Of a stretch of DNA of 64,000 nucleotides, positions 25,701 to 40,330 are shown in pieces. The notes under the pieces were generated by a model, which worked only from the letters and a program-made list of their open reading frames with translations, did not search any database and had not been told where the DNA came from. The stretch is from Narcine bancroftii. Lineage: Eukaryota. Location of the stretch: NCBI RefSeq assembly GCF_036971445.1, contig NC_091469.1, positions 291,462,001 to 291,526,000 of the forward strand. Reading direction: 5' to 3'. The stretch's first letter is position 1. Each line of letters opens with the position of its first letter. The position numbers were made by a program, and so were the translations under genes.

Positions 25701-27394
25701 CAAGCTCCTCAGCCACATATCAAACTGTACTATCTTTGTCTAGCCTCAATAGCATGTGGCATCATTAGAGGTTACAACCCTGAAAGGCCTGCTTTTTAAA
25801 CTTGCTACCCAGCTCCCTAAATCCTTGCCAAGGATCACATCTCTCTTCCTACAAGGACCATGACCTCAGGTTACTCTCGCTCTCCCTCTTCTCTCCCCCC
25901 CCCCCCCCCCCGCCAGAATGTCCTGCACCCACTCAGAGACATCCAGGCAGGTAACACCCCATCTTGGAGTCTCGTTTGCATCCACAGAAATACCCATCTG
26001 TGTTCCTGACCATGGAGTCTCCAATCACGGTTGTTCTTCTGACTGACTTCACCCTTTCCTGCTGAGCCCTGATCCAGTGATGGTGACACTGACCTTGCTG
26101 TTGCAGGTACCCTCTGATAGATCATTCCCCCTAGTTGTAGCCAAAGTGCTTACTTGTTACTGAGGTGAACCCTGTGAAACAAAGAAGTCTGATTGTAGTA
26201 AAAACAAAATGCTGGAGGAACTCAGCTGGTCTTGCAGCATCCACAGGAGACAAAGATAATATTACTGACATTCTGGCCTGAGCCCTTCAAGGTACAAGAA
26301 CTCTGACCTGACTGCCTGATCCTTTTTTCTCTCCCAGTGGTCACCGGACTCTCTGCAGCCTTTACCTGAGGGGTGACCACCTCACTATACCTGTTACCCA
26401 TGACCCTCTCTGCCTCCCAACCGATCCTGAGTTCGTGGATATTGTCTGAGCCGCTGATCCCCTCCACTGTCTAATAAAAACACACCGAAATGCTGGAGGG
26501 ACTCAGCTGGTCTTTTCAGTATCTATAGGAGACAGATACATGGCCAATATTCCGGGCCAGAGGCCTCAAGGAATAACCAGAATGAGCCAAAAGTGGAAAA
26601 TTTCAAAATTCAGACAGTTCTGGCTGGGGGAGGAATCCTGACCAAATGATAAAGGGGGAGGCGAGAGGTGGCTGTCCACCTTATCTATACCTCATATTTA
26701 AATTTAGACATACAGCACAGTAACAGGGCCTTCCACAAGCCCGTGCCATCCAATTACACCTGATTGACCTACATCCCAACCCCCCCCCCCGCCCGGTATG
26801 TTTCAAACAGTGGGAGTCCCCAGAGGAAACCAATAGACACGGGGAGAACATACACACACCTTACAGACAGCATGGGATTTGAAACCCGGTCCTGATCACT
26901 GGTGTTGTAATGGCGTTGCACTAACCACTACACCAAATGTGCTGCCCTGTCGGGAAAAGGTGCCCTTCCGGTCTCTTAAATCTCTCCCATCACCCCCCCC
27001 CCCCACCTCATCTGCGCCCTCTAGTTTTAGGCTCCCCTACCCTGGGAAAAAGACAGTCACCATTCACCTTATCCATGCTTCTCTATAAGAAGAGGCCCTA
27101 GTCTCTGACACTCCAAGGAAGAAAGCCTCAGCCTCACCTCAACTCATTCCCTCTTGTTGTGGTTCTTCCTTATGAATCTCTTTGACATCCTTCTGGTAAC
27201 AAGGTGTTATCTTGCTCCCTTAGAATATTCCCACAGTTTTACTTCTAGCTCGTGGAGGTTTAAAAAAAACCATGAGAGGCCATGATAAGGTGGAGAGTAG
27301 GAATCCCCAGGGTTGAAAAAATGGCAAATACAAAAGGACATGCAGTTAAAGTGAGGGGGAGGAAGTTTAAAGGAAATGTTTTAATTTTTAAAAA

Positions 27395-27610
27395 AAATTT
27401 AGACATATAGCACAGTAACAGGGCCTTCTGGCCCATGAGCCCGTTCCGCCTAAATACCCCAATTAACTCTGAACCCCCATACGTTTTGAAGGGTTGGAGG
27501 AAACCGGAGCCTCTGGGGAAAACCCACGCAGGCACAGACAGCACAGGATTCGAACCCTGGTCCCCATCGTTGGTGCTGTAACAGTGTTGCGCTAACCGCT
27601 ACGCTGACCT
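27395..27610 (-). mobile_element. HE1/V-SINE-like SINE (representative copy)
   Basis: Recurrent ~220-bp unit (aaatttagacatacagcac...gaaacccacgcag...ttcgaaccc). Other copies at about 26697-26945, 36930-37140, 42405-42605, 42680-42890 (opposite strand) and 55245-55460. Confidence 0.6.
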
Positions 27611-27884
27611 TGCCGCCCCAATATTTAGTATCTTTTTTCCCCCACACAGGTGATTTAACGTACCCTGCTGGAGTCAGATGTTTGATTACAAAAGGCCCTT
27701 TGTGGCTGCAGTAGGAATCTGTGTGTCTGTACATCGCACTTGTGTGTGCATTACAGTAAGCTCGTTCTTGCAGGGCAGCCACCTTGGGAAGCATCCTGGA
27801 AGATTCTCAAATGTCCCAGTGAGAGTCCCACTTCCCTGCAGGATGGAGGTTGCAGTGAGGAAGGAGACATTGTTTCAAATCACC

Positions 27885-27890
27885 TTTATT
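27885..27890 (-). terminator. Candidate HRAS polyadenylation signal (AATAAA)
   Basis: tttatt on the plus strand, in unique sequence downstream of HRAS, after a candidate terminal-exon acceptor at 28210. Confidence 0.35.
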
Positions 27891-30588
27891 TCACCATGGA
27901 AATGTACAACGTGTTAAATAAAGCAAGAGCAGAGGCAGCTGGTGCCCAGGGACTGGCAAGATCGGGCTGGGGGTGGACACGTGACCGAGTGAAGAATCCA
28001 GAGATGGTGGAGCTCTCAGCCCTGGCCCATCCCAACAGGTGGCAGACTTCCAGCCCAACCCCCTGGGCAATGGGTGAGCCGTTACCCCACCCCTCCGGGG
28101 TCAAAGGCAGCTCGAGCTCCGGCCGAGACCAGGTAACGTTCTGGCCCTGTGGATGCACACCACAGCAGTGTCCCCCAACCCAGGGCTCAGTATGGCAAGG
28201 AAAGGGTAACTGTGGGCAGTGAAGTTGCCTCTTTTCAAGGGGGGGGGGGTGGGAGGTCTACACAGGGCACCACCCATCCCCATCCTAACCACAGTGCCCT
28301 TCCCACCGTGGGGTGGGGAAGAGACCTGCGTACAGGGGGTGAGGAGAGAGAGACATGTACAGAGAGTAGGGAGAGGTCTGTGCATAGGAGATGGGGGTGA
28401 GACAGGCATACAGTGGGGAAAAAGATCCATGCACGGGGGGATAGGGAGTGGGGAGGGGTCCATGCATAGTGGGGTGGGAGGAGACCTGAATACAGGGGTG
28501 GGGGGTGAGCTGGGCAGGTAGCTGTAGGAATATCTCAGTGTGACCAGCCCCACATTGGGATCCTTCAGGTCAGGGAGAGCTTGCCAGTCCCAGACACCAC
28601 CCCCACCTCCACCAGCTGCTGTGCCTGCCTCACCCTTGGGCGGCTGGAGGAATCATCCACTGCTCCACGCACCTGCAGGGACAGAGACAAAGATCGTTAC
28701 ACACCCTCCGTGCAGTGACTCTCTGCACCACAGCTCCCTTCCCCACCTCCCACACACCGCAGAGGGTGGGATAACGAGGGGAAAAGGGAGATTATTCTCT
28801 GTACATCAAATGGAGTCACTGAAAGCTGGGCTTCAGCTATGATCTTCCAACAGGAGGTGAAGAAATAGCTTCCATGGCAGTGGGGAGGGGTTAAATCGAG
28901 ACAAGTTGCTGCTAGTAGGAGCTAGGTGGGGAGAGTGAGCTTCCCTTGTGTTGCTGCGGGAGACATGGCTCGGCAGCGCCATCATGTGATGACAGCTGCA
29001 GTTGCAATCGAGTTATCCTTGACCCTTCTGCAGTCAGACCTGTCTCCTCATTCCCCCTCCACAAGATCAAAGCTCCCGTCCCCTCCTGCCACCCCCCTAT
29101 TTGCAGAGACCACCTTCCCCTCCCTGCGCAAGGTGGCCCACAGCACTCTACCCTAAGCATGTGAGCAGCCCGTGCCAGCTGACGGGAGGCTGGGAGAGAA
29201 GCTGTGAACCTCTCGGATGTTATTGAGACTCAGATATATTCATGGGGAAGCAGCTGTGGCCCTTGTGGTTGAAGGGACTGAGGGAAATGGAGAGAAGGCC
29301 CCTTAATTGTAGATTGTGGTGCAGAACGAAGGGCTGAATGGCTTTGTGTCTGTATCTAGTTAGTCAAAGATGTCAGTCTCCAAGATTCACCACTCAGCCC
29401 TGGATATCACCGTCTCTGAGCTCCTCACCATCCATCCCCAGGGGGTTTCCAGGAGCAGCTTGGGCTTCCTGTAGAGTGTCCCACCCCCAATACCCCGAGG
29501 ACTCTCCCCGTCTGCAAGGGAGGACAGAGCAGATGGTATTGCTGGTCCCCATGCCCCACACTTAACACTTCCTCCCTCGCCACCACCACCCTGCACGTCT
29601 TCACAAGACACCTCTGACAAATCTACCCCCCCTGCAGGTTCCCCTCCATGCCTCACACACCCCCCCAACCTCCCCCCCCCCCCCCCAGCAGTCTCTAAAC
29701 TCTGGTACATCCTCACACCAGCACCTTCCCCGTATGGACCGCAGCGGTTCAACTCATTTCCCAAACCCCCACTTTCGAGGGTTGGGGCCTGTTCAGTACT
29801 CTATCAAAAATATAAAGAGTTTTCACAGGAGCTGCTAATTTGTGACCCCATCTATATCTTCCAGCAGTGATGAGGCAAATAACAGGATTGTCTGCTCTTG
29901 ACTCAGCCCTCCTCTGAGAGGATACACAGGGCCTGGGGGTAACGCGATCTGAGGGAGTTGACCCCCTTCGCTCTCAAACTGTGAGCCACACCACTCCTGG
30001 CTCTGCGCATTCTCGGATGCTGTGCTAATCCCCAGCCAACATCGTCGTCCTCCTTGTTCTCCGCTGACCCTCACCTTGGCCAGCTCCCTCCCTTGGCCGA
30101 CTGCCCTTCTTCTGCTCCAGTATCCTCTCCCACCCCCCCACCAACTCATGATAACATTATCCAAGTGCTTCTCCCAACCATCTCCACCAGTGTCCACCCA
30201 ACATCCACACTGGATAAGCAAATTCTCTCCATGGTATGACAGTATCCAGCACCTGTGGGGATTGGTAGAGGCCGGATAAGTGAATCTTCCGGTTGCTTCA
30301 GATTGTGTGTTGCATGATTGGTGAACTGACGACAAGGCAGACCAATTTTAAACTTCTGAATTTTTTACCTATTTATTTTCTGCAATTGTTTTGCCGGTTG
30401 CTTGAGGCTGCTGGTTCCTTCAATTCCGGATAACGGGGGTTTTACTGTATTGGGAAGACAGAATCCATCATCTTCCACCCATCATGGACTGCTCTCCCCA
30501 ACTTGGACCCCCACTGGTGATTAGGGAGGGGTAGGGAGGAGGAGCGATTGACTGCTGGCACTGCCTCCGGATTATATACTTACCCTGG

Positions 30589-30708
30589 TCACAATATCAC
30601 ACATTTACAGTTATTGCAGTCTTGGCCACTGTCGTCGGGAGGATTCGACTTCCTGACTTTGTGCTGACTAATCTCTCGCACCAAAGTGTAGAATGCATCC
30701 TCCACGCC
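30589..30708 (-). CDS. HRAS: HRAS coding exon 4 (hypervariable region, CaaX, stop)
   Basis: Not in the ORF track frame. Read manually as [39 protein letters not shown]. Acceptor tttcag|; donor |gtaagt 5 nt after TGA. Total protein 189 aa. Confidence 0.95.
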   Translation of the reverse strand, partial: GVEDAFYTLVREISQHKVRKSNPPDDSGQDCNNCKCVIL

Positions 30709-31179
30709 CTGAAACCCAGAGCAGACAGGTCAGGAGGAACTGAGAGGTCAGGGGCTGGGCTGCAGCAGGACACTAAGGCTGTAGGGGCGGGGACAGATCG
30801 AGGGAGTAGGTGAGGGTGCAGCAATAGACAGCGACTTGGAAAGAGAGGAGTGCCACTGGGGGAACAGATCTGTGCACGATGGCGAGAGGCTGAGAAGTGA
30901 TCACAGGTTTTCCTCACGCAAAAATCTGTGAACACCAATGCACGGTTCCAACAATAATCTCGCTCACTGCAACATCACAGGGGGCTGGTGGAGTGTGGGT
31001 AGGTCCAGTCTCCCCACACAAGATGGGATATGCTTGCATTAGAGGGCTCGCCTGCTGGGGTGCCCTTGCTCAAGTTCAGAAGTCGTACCAAACACTACTG
31101 AACCACAATTCCGGAGATGTAGGTTCCATCCTGACCTCGGATGCGGTCTTTGTAAAGTTTATATGTGAATCCCTTCATC

Positions 31180-31605
31180 CTAGAACCCATCCAGTAAATC
31201 TTCACACTCCCTCCAACCCAGAACATGTCCATAAATCTTCACACACTCCCTCCATCCCAGAACCAGTCCACAAATCTTCACACACTCCCTCCATCCCAGA
31301 ACCAGTCCACAAATCTTCACACGCTCCCTCCATCCCAGAACCAGTCCACAAATCATCACACACTCCCTCCATCCCAGAACCAGTCCACAAATCTTCACAC
31401 ACTCCCTCCATCCCAGAACCAGTCCACAAATCTTCACACACTCCCTCCATCCCAGAACTAGTCCACAAATCTTCACACACTCCCTCCATCCCAGAACAAG
31501 TCCAGTAAATCTTCACATACTCCCTCCATCCCAGAACCCATCTATAAATCTTCACACATTCCCTCTATCCCAGAACAGGTCCAGTAAATCTTCACTCTCC
31601 CTCCA
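31180..31605. repeat. 33-bp minisatellite in the HRAS intron between coding exons 3 and 4
   Basis: Unit cagtccacaaatcttcacacactccctccatcccagaac-like (approximately 39 nt by ORF periodicity of 13 codons), about 11 copies. Exact unit length needs a tandem-repeat finder. Confidence 0.85.
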
Positions 31606-32081
31606 CACCACACACATCCACAGCTCTCCCAGGAGTGGTTTCCACAAAACCATCCAAGTTCACAGCCTCTGTGAAGAAACATAACTTTTTGTCCTGGCAA
31701 CCTCCAGCCCAATCACTTGAAATGGAGGAGTGTTTGGGGTGGCATTGAGAAGGGGTCTATGGTCCAGGAGTACACAGAGACACCCACCCACTGCTGATCA
31801 TCGGTGGAGCTACCTACAGTTCCCACATTGACCTCAGCACCAGGTCAGCAGTGTAACCCTTCATTTCGAGGAGCAGGAGGCAATTAACCTCCAGATTCCT
31901 GAATTCAAGACCAACGAACCACCTGTTGCCCCTGCCTTCACAGATCATTGTGCACAGATGTGTGTCTAGGCAGGTCAACAAGCCAGGAGCTGGTGAGACC
32001 TGGGAATGGAGGTGGACGGGACAGATTTTGAATGTCTCCTACCTAGAGCCACACCACATACCACAGAGACTCAGCAGGTCA

Positions 32082-32537
<456 letters not shown>

Positions 32538-33844
32538 CTACCCATGCTACTCTCAACAGGCTTCTCCAATCAGTCCCACTTCTCTGAACTTTCACAAACT
32601 ACAGCCTTCCCACATCTTAATGGTGAATGGAAATAGTCTGAACAAGCTCTTAAAAGAATTTCCAATCCCCATCAGTCACTCGCTTTGAGCTCCATACTGC
32701 TCCTGGATCAGATTTTGTCCATAACATCTCATCACCCACCTGAAGTGCCTCAGCAGGGTGGATAAATCAAGGCAAGCAATGGATTGTTGGGCTTCATTGT
32801 TAGAGGGGTTGAATTTAAGAGCAGGGATGTTGTGCTGCAACTATACAGGGTACTGGGAGGCCACACCTGGCGCACTGGTCTCCTTACTGTGGAGAAAGGA
32901 TATCACCGGCTTTGGAGACGGTGCATAGCTGGTTCACCAGGTTGATTCCAGAGATGAGGGGGTTGGCCTGAGAGGAGAGATCGAGTCACCTGGGACCGTA
33001 CGTGGAGAACAAGGGAGGATATGATGTAAAAGGAATCAATGAGATAGAATATGGAGGCTGTTTCCTCTGGGAGGTGAGACTAGAACTCAGGAATTTGGGT
33101 AGTAGATTTAGGACGGAGATGAGAAGGAACTGCTTTTTCCAGGTGGTAGTGAATTGGAGGAATTCACTGCCCAACAAAGCAGTGGAGGACACTGCATTTA
33201 ATTTATTTCAGATGCATTTAGATGGATTGTTTTGCATCTTTGGGGAATTAAGGCAGACAGGTGGAACTCAGACCCCAGATAGATCACCCACAACCTTATT
33301 GCATGGCACAGCAGGTTCGACAGGCCAGATGGCCACTCCTGCTCTGGTTTCTGATGTAAATCCCCAGGGCTGGATGGTTTGGGCTTTGTGTGGAGACAAG
33401 GGAAGGATTTGCAGGGGCTCTGGTTGAGATTTTTACATCTTCACTCGGCACACGAGGTACTAGATGACTGGAGGAGTGAAAATGTAGTCCCTCTTTTTGA
33501 GAAGGGCGGTAGGGAAATGCCTGGTAAATTCAGACGTGTGCCTAACATCAGTGGAAGGGGAAGAAGCTGGAAAACTTCTGTGGGAGACGAGGAATCATTT
33601 GAAAGGCAAGGATTAACCAGACAGCTAATGTGGATTTGTCAGGGGTATATCCTGTCTGACCAACGTGACTATGGATCACCCAGGCATAAAAGACTATGGG
33701 CTAAGTGTTTAACCCCAGTGGGTGCCCACTGGACTGCATAGGTGAGCTGGGCTGAATGGTCTCTTTTCGTGCTGTACGATTTTACAACTCTAAATAAATT
33801 TAAACACTTGCTTAACAGGTTTTCCATTTTACAAACAGTTTCTA

Positions 33845-34183
<339 letters not shown>

Positions 34184-35967
34184 TCACCGCCGGCTGCCTC
34201 CACCCTGCTTCAGAGCCTATCCACCTTAACCCAATTTCATATTCACCACTAATAACCCTTCATTTATCTTCCTGGAATTGGAAGAAATTCAGAGCCAACA
34301 GGAAACTGCTTCAAGGTGGGATGATAATCTGAAACTGCAGTTTGTGTTGGAAGGTAGATGGGAGCAATGGGATTAGAACGCAAGGAGTCCCCACTCTCCC
34401 AGTGGGTGCACCTTGCTCAGTCTCCCCTGGTCCACGCCAAGGCTCAGACTTTTCCATCACCCCTCTGCCCTTGCCCTTTTCTGTAATTTCAAATACATTT
34501 CATGCCTAATCTTCCCCAGTCTGATGACAGGTAATCAATCTGAGACACCAACTGTTTCCCTCCCCACAGGCAGGAAGGGAGGTGGAGACGCGAGGGGGGC
34601 ACCGGGGGAGGGCCCGCGTACTCTCCCCCACACACGGGAATGAGTGAATGCTGGTGTGGATCCAATGGATGAATGAGTTCCTACTGTAGTGTTACAGGCA
34701 AGTCAGATTGGTTTGTAGGGTTACATAAGCAGGGCATTACTCAATGCATAATTTCAGATGTGTAGAGGCAGACAGCGTGGTGGAGACAGGAAGACGGTGG
34801 CGAAGGCAGCATTCTTGCCTTCCTCTGACAGGGCACCGAGTACACAGGAGCAGGCATGTCATATTACAATTGCATGGAGTATGGTGTGAATATGCAGGCA
34901 ACATTAAACTGGAAAAGTTTCACGAGAAGCTTGCTGGGACTGGTGGGCTTGGGTTACAAGGAGAGTCTGGCACATTTCTCCCTGGAGTGTAGAAGACTGG
35001 TGTAGAAGGACAAGGCAAATGCTCAGTCCTCTCCTGGAGGAAAATCTTAAATGAGAAGCCAGAGATTCAAGGTGGCTGTGGGTGGGGGGATTTGAATGGG
35101 ACCCATGAGGCATCATCTTCACGCAGAGGATAGTATGTCAATGGAAGAGGGAGAGGTGGAGGCATTTAGACACATGTATGGATGGGACAGTTTGAAGGGA
35201 ATACAGACTGAGTGTAGGCAAGGGCGTGTCACCTGCATAGACAATGTGGTTGGTATGGATGTGTTGGGCCGAAGAGTCAGTTTCAGTCTGTAAAACTCAG
35301 TGACTGATCACAGACTGAGGCAGAGATCCCTAGACTTTGGGCCAAGTGGTGATTTGTGAATGTTTCCAGGTACGAAGAACTGGTTGGGAGTTTGACCCTA
35401 ATAGTAGCTGGGACTATCTCTGCTCAGAGGAGGGAGATGTTCAGAACTATACAGGGTCAGTTTATTTTAAAACCCAAACCGTTAACAACTTTTGGTTCAG
35501 AGCAGAAAAAAGGGATCGGGGTAAAGGTGGGGAACGGACAATCTCACGGAATGGCAGAAGAGCAAAATGTTCTCCCCCGCTCAGAAATTCCCGAAGGAGC
35601 ATTAGCTCTGGTAGGGTGAATGTTCCATTGCTGGGAGACTTGGATGGATTCTTCCGAGACTCAGTGCCCTCTCTGCCATCATCACAGGGAAAATCAGAGG
35701 GGGTGGAAGGCCACTCTCTGGAACCAGCTCCCCAGAGACAAGGGGCATTTGTACTTTATTAGTCAGGAGGAAGTTTCCAAGCAACACTTCTGAGAGGGCC
35801 ACAGCTCTGAGGTATGAGTCATGGCAGCCACAGTGGAGGGAGAGGTTAGTGGGCTGTCCTAACTACACATCCTGACCCACACCCAGGGACAGATGGAAGC
35901 TTGCGGAGGGACACTGTGGAGGTGGGGGAGGGAGGGGCAGAGTGGGGGGGGGGGGTTTCATGCTTCA

Positions 35968-36270
<303 letters not shown>

Positions 36271-37238
36271 TCAGTCATCACAGAAACAACCCTTTGTCTG
36301 TGTCACGCATCCTGCTCCATTCTCCCCACACTGACAAGGGGCAGGAGTCACGAGGCAGCAGTCCAGCTCAGGTTCTAGAATAATCCATCCCAGAACCAGA
36401 TCAGTAGATCTTCATACACTCCCTCTTCCCAGCTCATCCCTTGCAGCCTCACCCTCTGACCACTGGAGGCAGAGCAGGAGGAGCATTGAGGCAGCAGCGA
36501 TCCCAGCCTGACCCCCAGACCCCCTGTCCCCTCTGCACATCCCAATCCGAGGGGAGGCCAGCACATTGCTCCCTCCAAAGTATCAGGGAACTTAGGCACA
36601 GGGAGCCGTACCCAAAATCAAATGAAACCACGAGGATACAGAGTTAATGTTCACTCCCCACGAATGCTGCCTTACGTACTAAGTGTTTCCAGCCACTGCT
36701 GTTTCATTTCACACTTGCAGAATCTGCACGATTTTCCTCTTGGACATCAGTCTCTTGGTACAGGTCGGGGAAGGCCAGGTGACCCGAGAGGTGGAGGCAC
36801 CTGCGCGTTCAGGTGCCTGGGCGGCTGAAGTTCTGCAGGCGTGGGGCACCCTTCACAGGAGCTTGTTATGTACACAGTTAGCAGGTTGTGCTTTGGTTAT
36901 ATGAGAACATGTGAGACCACATTTAAATTTTAAATTTAGACACACAGCATAGTGACAGGTCCTTCTGGCCCACGTTGCCCAAATTCTCCAATTGATGCAC
37001 GTTTTGAAAGGTGAGAGGAAACCGGAGCCCCAGGAGGAAACCCATGGAGACACAGGGAGAACGCACAAACTCCTTAGACACATCAGCAGATTTGAACCCG
37101 AGTCATTGTTGCTGAAATGGCGTTGGGCTAACCATGCTCCCCTGTGTACAGTAACCGTTTCCTTGTGTAAAGAAAGGCGTTGATGTTCAAAGGGTGTTGT
37201 TGGACCAAGATCTAGAATGGGTGGGTTGTTGTTTGAGT

Positions 37239-38250
37239 TCTTTCTTGGGCTTGGCTTCGCGGACGAAGATTTATGGAGGGGGTAAAAGTCCACGTCAGCT
37301 GCAGGCTCGTTTGTGGCTGACCAGTCCGATGCGGGACAGGCAGACACGGTTGCAGCGGCTGCAGGGGAAAATTGGTTGGTTGGGGTTGGGTGTTGGGTTT
37401 TTCCTCCTTTGCCTTTTGTCAGTGAGGTGGGCTCTGCGGTCTTCTTCAAAGGAGGTTGCTGCCCGCCAAATTGTGAGGCGCCAAGATGCACGGTTTGAGG
37501 CGATATCAGCCCACTGGCAGTGGTCAATGTGGCAGGCACCAAGAGATTTCTTTAGGCAGTCCTTGTACCTTTTCTTTGGTGCACCTCTGTCACGGTGGCC
37601 AGTGGAGAGCTCGCCATATAACACGATCTTGGGAAGGCGATGGTCCTCCATTCTGGAGACGTGACCCACCCAGCGCAGCTGGATCTTCAGCAGCGTGGAC
37701 TCGATGCTGTCGACCTCTGCCATCTCGAGTACTTCGACGTTAGGGATGAAAGCGCTCCAATGGATGTTGAGGATGGAGCGGAGACAACGCTGGTGGAAGC
37801 GTTCTAGGAGCCGTAGGTGATGCCGGTAGAGGACCCATGATTCGGAGCCGAACAGGAGTGTGGGTATGACAACGGCTCTGTATATGCTTATCTTTGTGAG
37901 GTTTGTCAGTTGGGTGTTTTTCCAGACTCTTTTGTGTAGTCTTCCAAAGGCGCTATTTGCCTTGGCGAGTCTGTTGTCTATCTCATTGTCGATCCTTGCA
38001 TCTGATGAAATGGTGCAGCCGAGATAGGTAAACTGGTTGACCGTTTTGAGTTTTGTGTGCCCGACGGAGATGTGGGGGGGCTGGTAGTCATGGTGGGGAG
38101 CTGGCTGATGGAGGACCTCAGTTTTCTTCAGGCTGACTTCCAGGCCAAACATTTTGGCAGTTTCCACAAAGCAGGACGTCAAGCGCTGAAGAGCTGGCTC
38201 TGAATGGGCAACTAAAGCGGCATCGTCTGCAAAGAGTAGTTCAAAGAGTA
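37239..38250 (-). mobile_element. 5'-truncated RTE-clade LINE in HRAS intron 1
   Basis: Uninterrupted ORF from ELLFADD through FTYLG, AFGRL, LRWVGHV to a C-terminal CxxC...HxxxC. Candidate TSD GTTTGAGT at 37231-37238 and 38251-38258. Confidence 0.88.
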
Positions 38251-38989
38251 GTTTGAGTGAAGATTAGATAGACCTACATCACACCCTCAAAAGCTCAGAG
38301 CAGTAGATGGAGGTAGTCTCCTCTTGGGGAGAATCTACGACTGGAGGTCACTGTTTAAAAGATCTCACACGCAAGATAGTAATGAGGGGATTTTTATTTT
38401 CTCTCACAGAGCAGCGACGCTTTGGAATTCTCTTCTTCAAAAGTTGGAAGACATCAAATGATTTTTTTGACAGAGGGTGGAGTTTTGTATGGTTGGAGGG
38501 AGGTTACAGACCCAGACTGGTTCGATAAATGGCAGAGGATGTGTGTTTGACTGGACTGGATACAGGAAAGGTTTAGGGGTCTCTGGGCCAATGCAGGCGA
38601 TGAGCCAAAGGGCCTTTCTCTGTGCTGATCCACTCGACCACTTCTCCTGGCCCTGATGTACAAGTTAAATCACTGCACTGGCCCAAAAATCAGGTGGTTT
38701 TGTTTAATCCATGTAAAAATCGACCCCCCCCCCCCCCAATTTTTGTCCCCAGCAGCCCACCCATCCGAGCCCCTGACAGCAGACCCTCACTTCAGCCGGT
38801 TGCCCACCAGAGCTCCTGATTCCCCGGCCACAGACTTTCCACCCAGTCCGGGCTGTCCAAGCTCCAGAGGCCTTGAACCATGTAGGGACTTACCAAGGTC
38901 AAAAGATTGACCTGTTTAAAAGACGACCCCCACCTCCCCCCCCCCCCCCACCAACCTTATTTTCTGGCCTGAAAAAATTGGCACACACA

Positions 38990-39960
38990 CACACCTCCGC
39001 CCCATGCACAATGACAGGATACACCTTGTCCTCAGCTACCAGCCCATCAGTGTCCGCATTCAACACATTATCCCCTGCCATTTCCTACTACAGGATCCCA
39101 CCACCAGACAGATCTTCCTTGATCCTCCCCTTTTCCACCTTCCACAGAGACCACTCCCCAACTCCTTTGTCCATTCCTCCCTCCCTACCAATTGTCCCCT
39201 TAACACCTATCCCTGTGACCGCAGGAGATGCACCACTTGCGCCCACACCTACTCCATCACTACCATTCAGGGCCCCAAGCAGTCCTTCCAAGAGAAGCAA
39301 CACCTCATTTGTGAAACTGCAGGGGTCATCAACTGTATCCGGTGCTCCCATTGTGGTCTCCTCTACATTGGAGTCTGGATGCAGACTGGGAGATCACTTT
39401 GTTGAGCATCTCGACTTGGTCCACCTCAATATTGTGGATCTCCCAGGGACCACCCATTTCAGTTCACCATCTCATTCCCTTGCAGACATGTCTACAGCCT
39501 CATGCACTGCCAGACTAAGACCTCCCGCAAATTGGAGGAACAACATCCCATCTTCTGTCTGAGCACCCTCCAATCGGATGGCATTAACATTGACTTCTTT
39601 GGTTTCCATTCCCCCCCCCACCCCACCCCCCAATCTCAGCCCCTGGCTCCAATCACTGGGTCTTCCAATTTCTGGAGGGAGAGATCATTCTGTCTGTGCT
39701 GACCACACTGGTACCTTACTGTAAATGAAGGCAGAGACCACTCTGTGCTGACCATTCTAACACCACCCTGCTAGTATTTCATTGCAACCTACTTGCAGCC
39801 TGCCCAGTGCCTCTCAACGCACAACCAAACACAGTGACAACTGGTCAAACCCATCTTCCCCTTGATGAAGGGCTCAAACCCAAATCACTGACAGCCTTTT
39901 ACTTCCTATTGATGCTGTGTGACTAGCAGAGTTTCTCCAACACGATTGTGTTATGCTCTC
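38990..39960 (+). mobile_element. Penelope-like element fragment (GIY-YIG region)
   Basis: CDRRRCTTC, CIRCSHCGLLYIG, RLGDHFVEH and RKLEEQHPIFCLSTLQSDGINIDF, spread across frames. Confidence 0.75.
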
Positions 39961-40330
39961 GATCTCAGAGTGCTTTGTTCTCCAAGCAGGGAGAAATGGA
40001 TTACTATAGAGCCCACATATCACCCTGGGAAATCGATATGGCCTCTCTCTGAACTGGATTAAATTTAATCAGCAATGAAACAACAAGTGTTCGGACCAAT
40101 GACATCATCCCTGCTCGAAGCCCAACATCAGCATTTCAACATCTGTTTGGTAGTCAAAGCCAGATTGGTTACTTTCCCAGTAAACAAGAGGGTAGCCACA
40201 ACAGTTAGGCCCAACCGTCATGAGTCATCAGGTCACACAGTGGGGAAAACAGGCCCTTCAGCCCATCCTGACCAAACCGTCCCACCCATATTCGTCCCAC
40301 TTGCCTGTGTTTGGCCCATATCCCCTAAAC

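Noticed and set aside
30897-31555. 203-aa ORF with HTPSIPEPVHKSS repeats
   Set aside because: Minisatellite translation, antisense in an HRAS intron.
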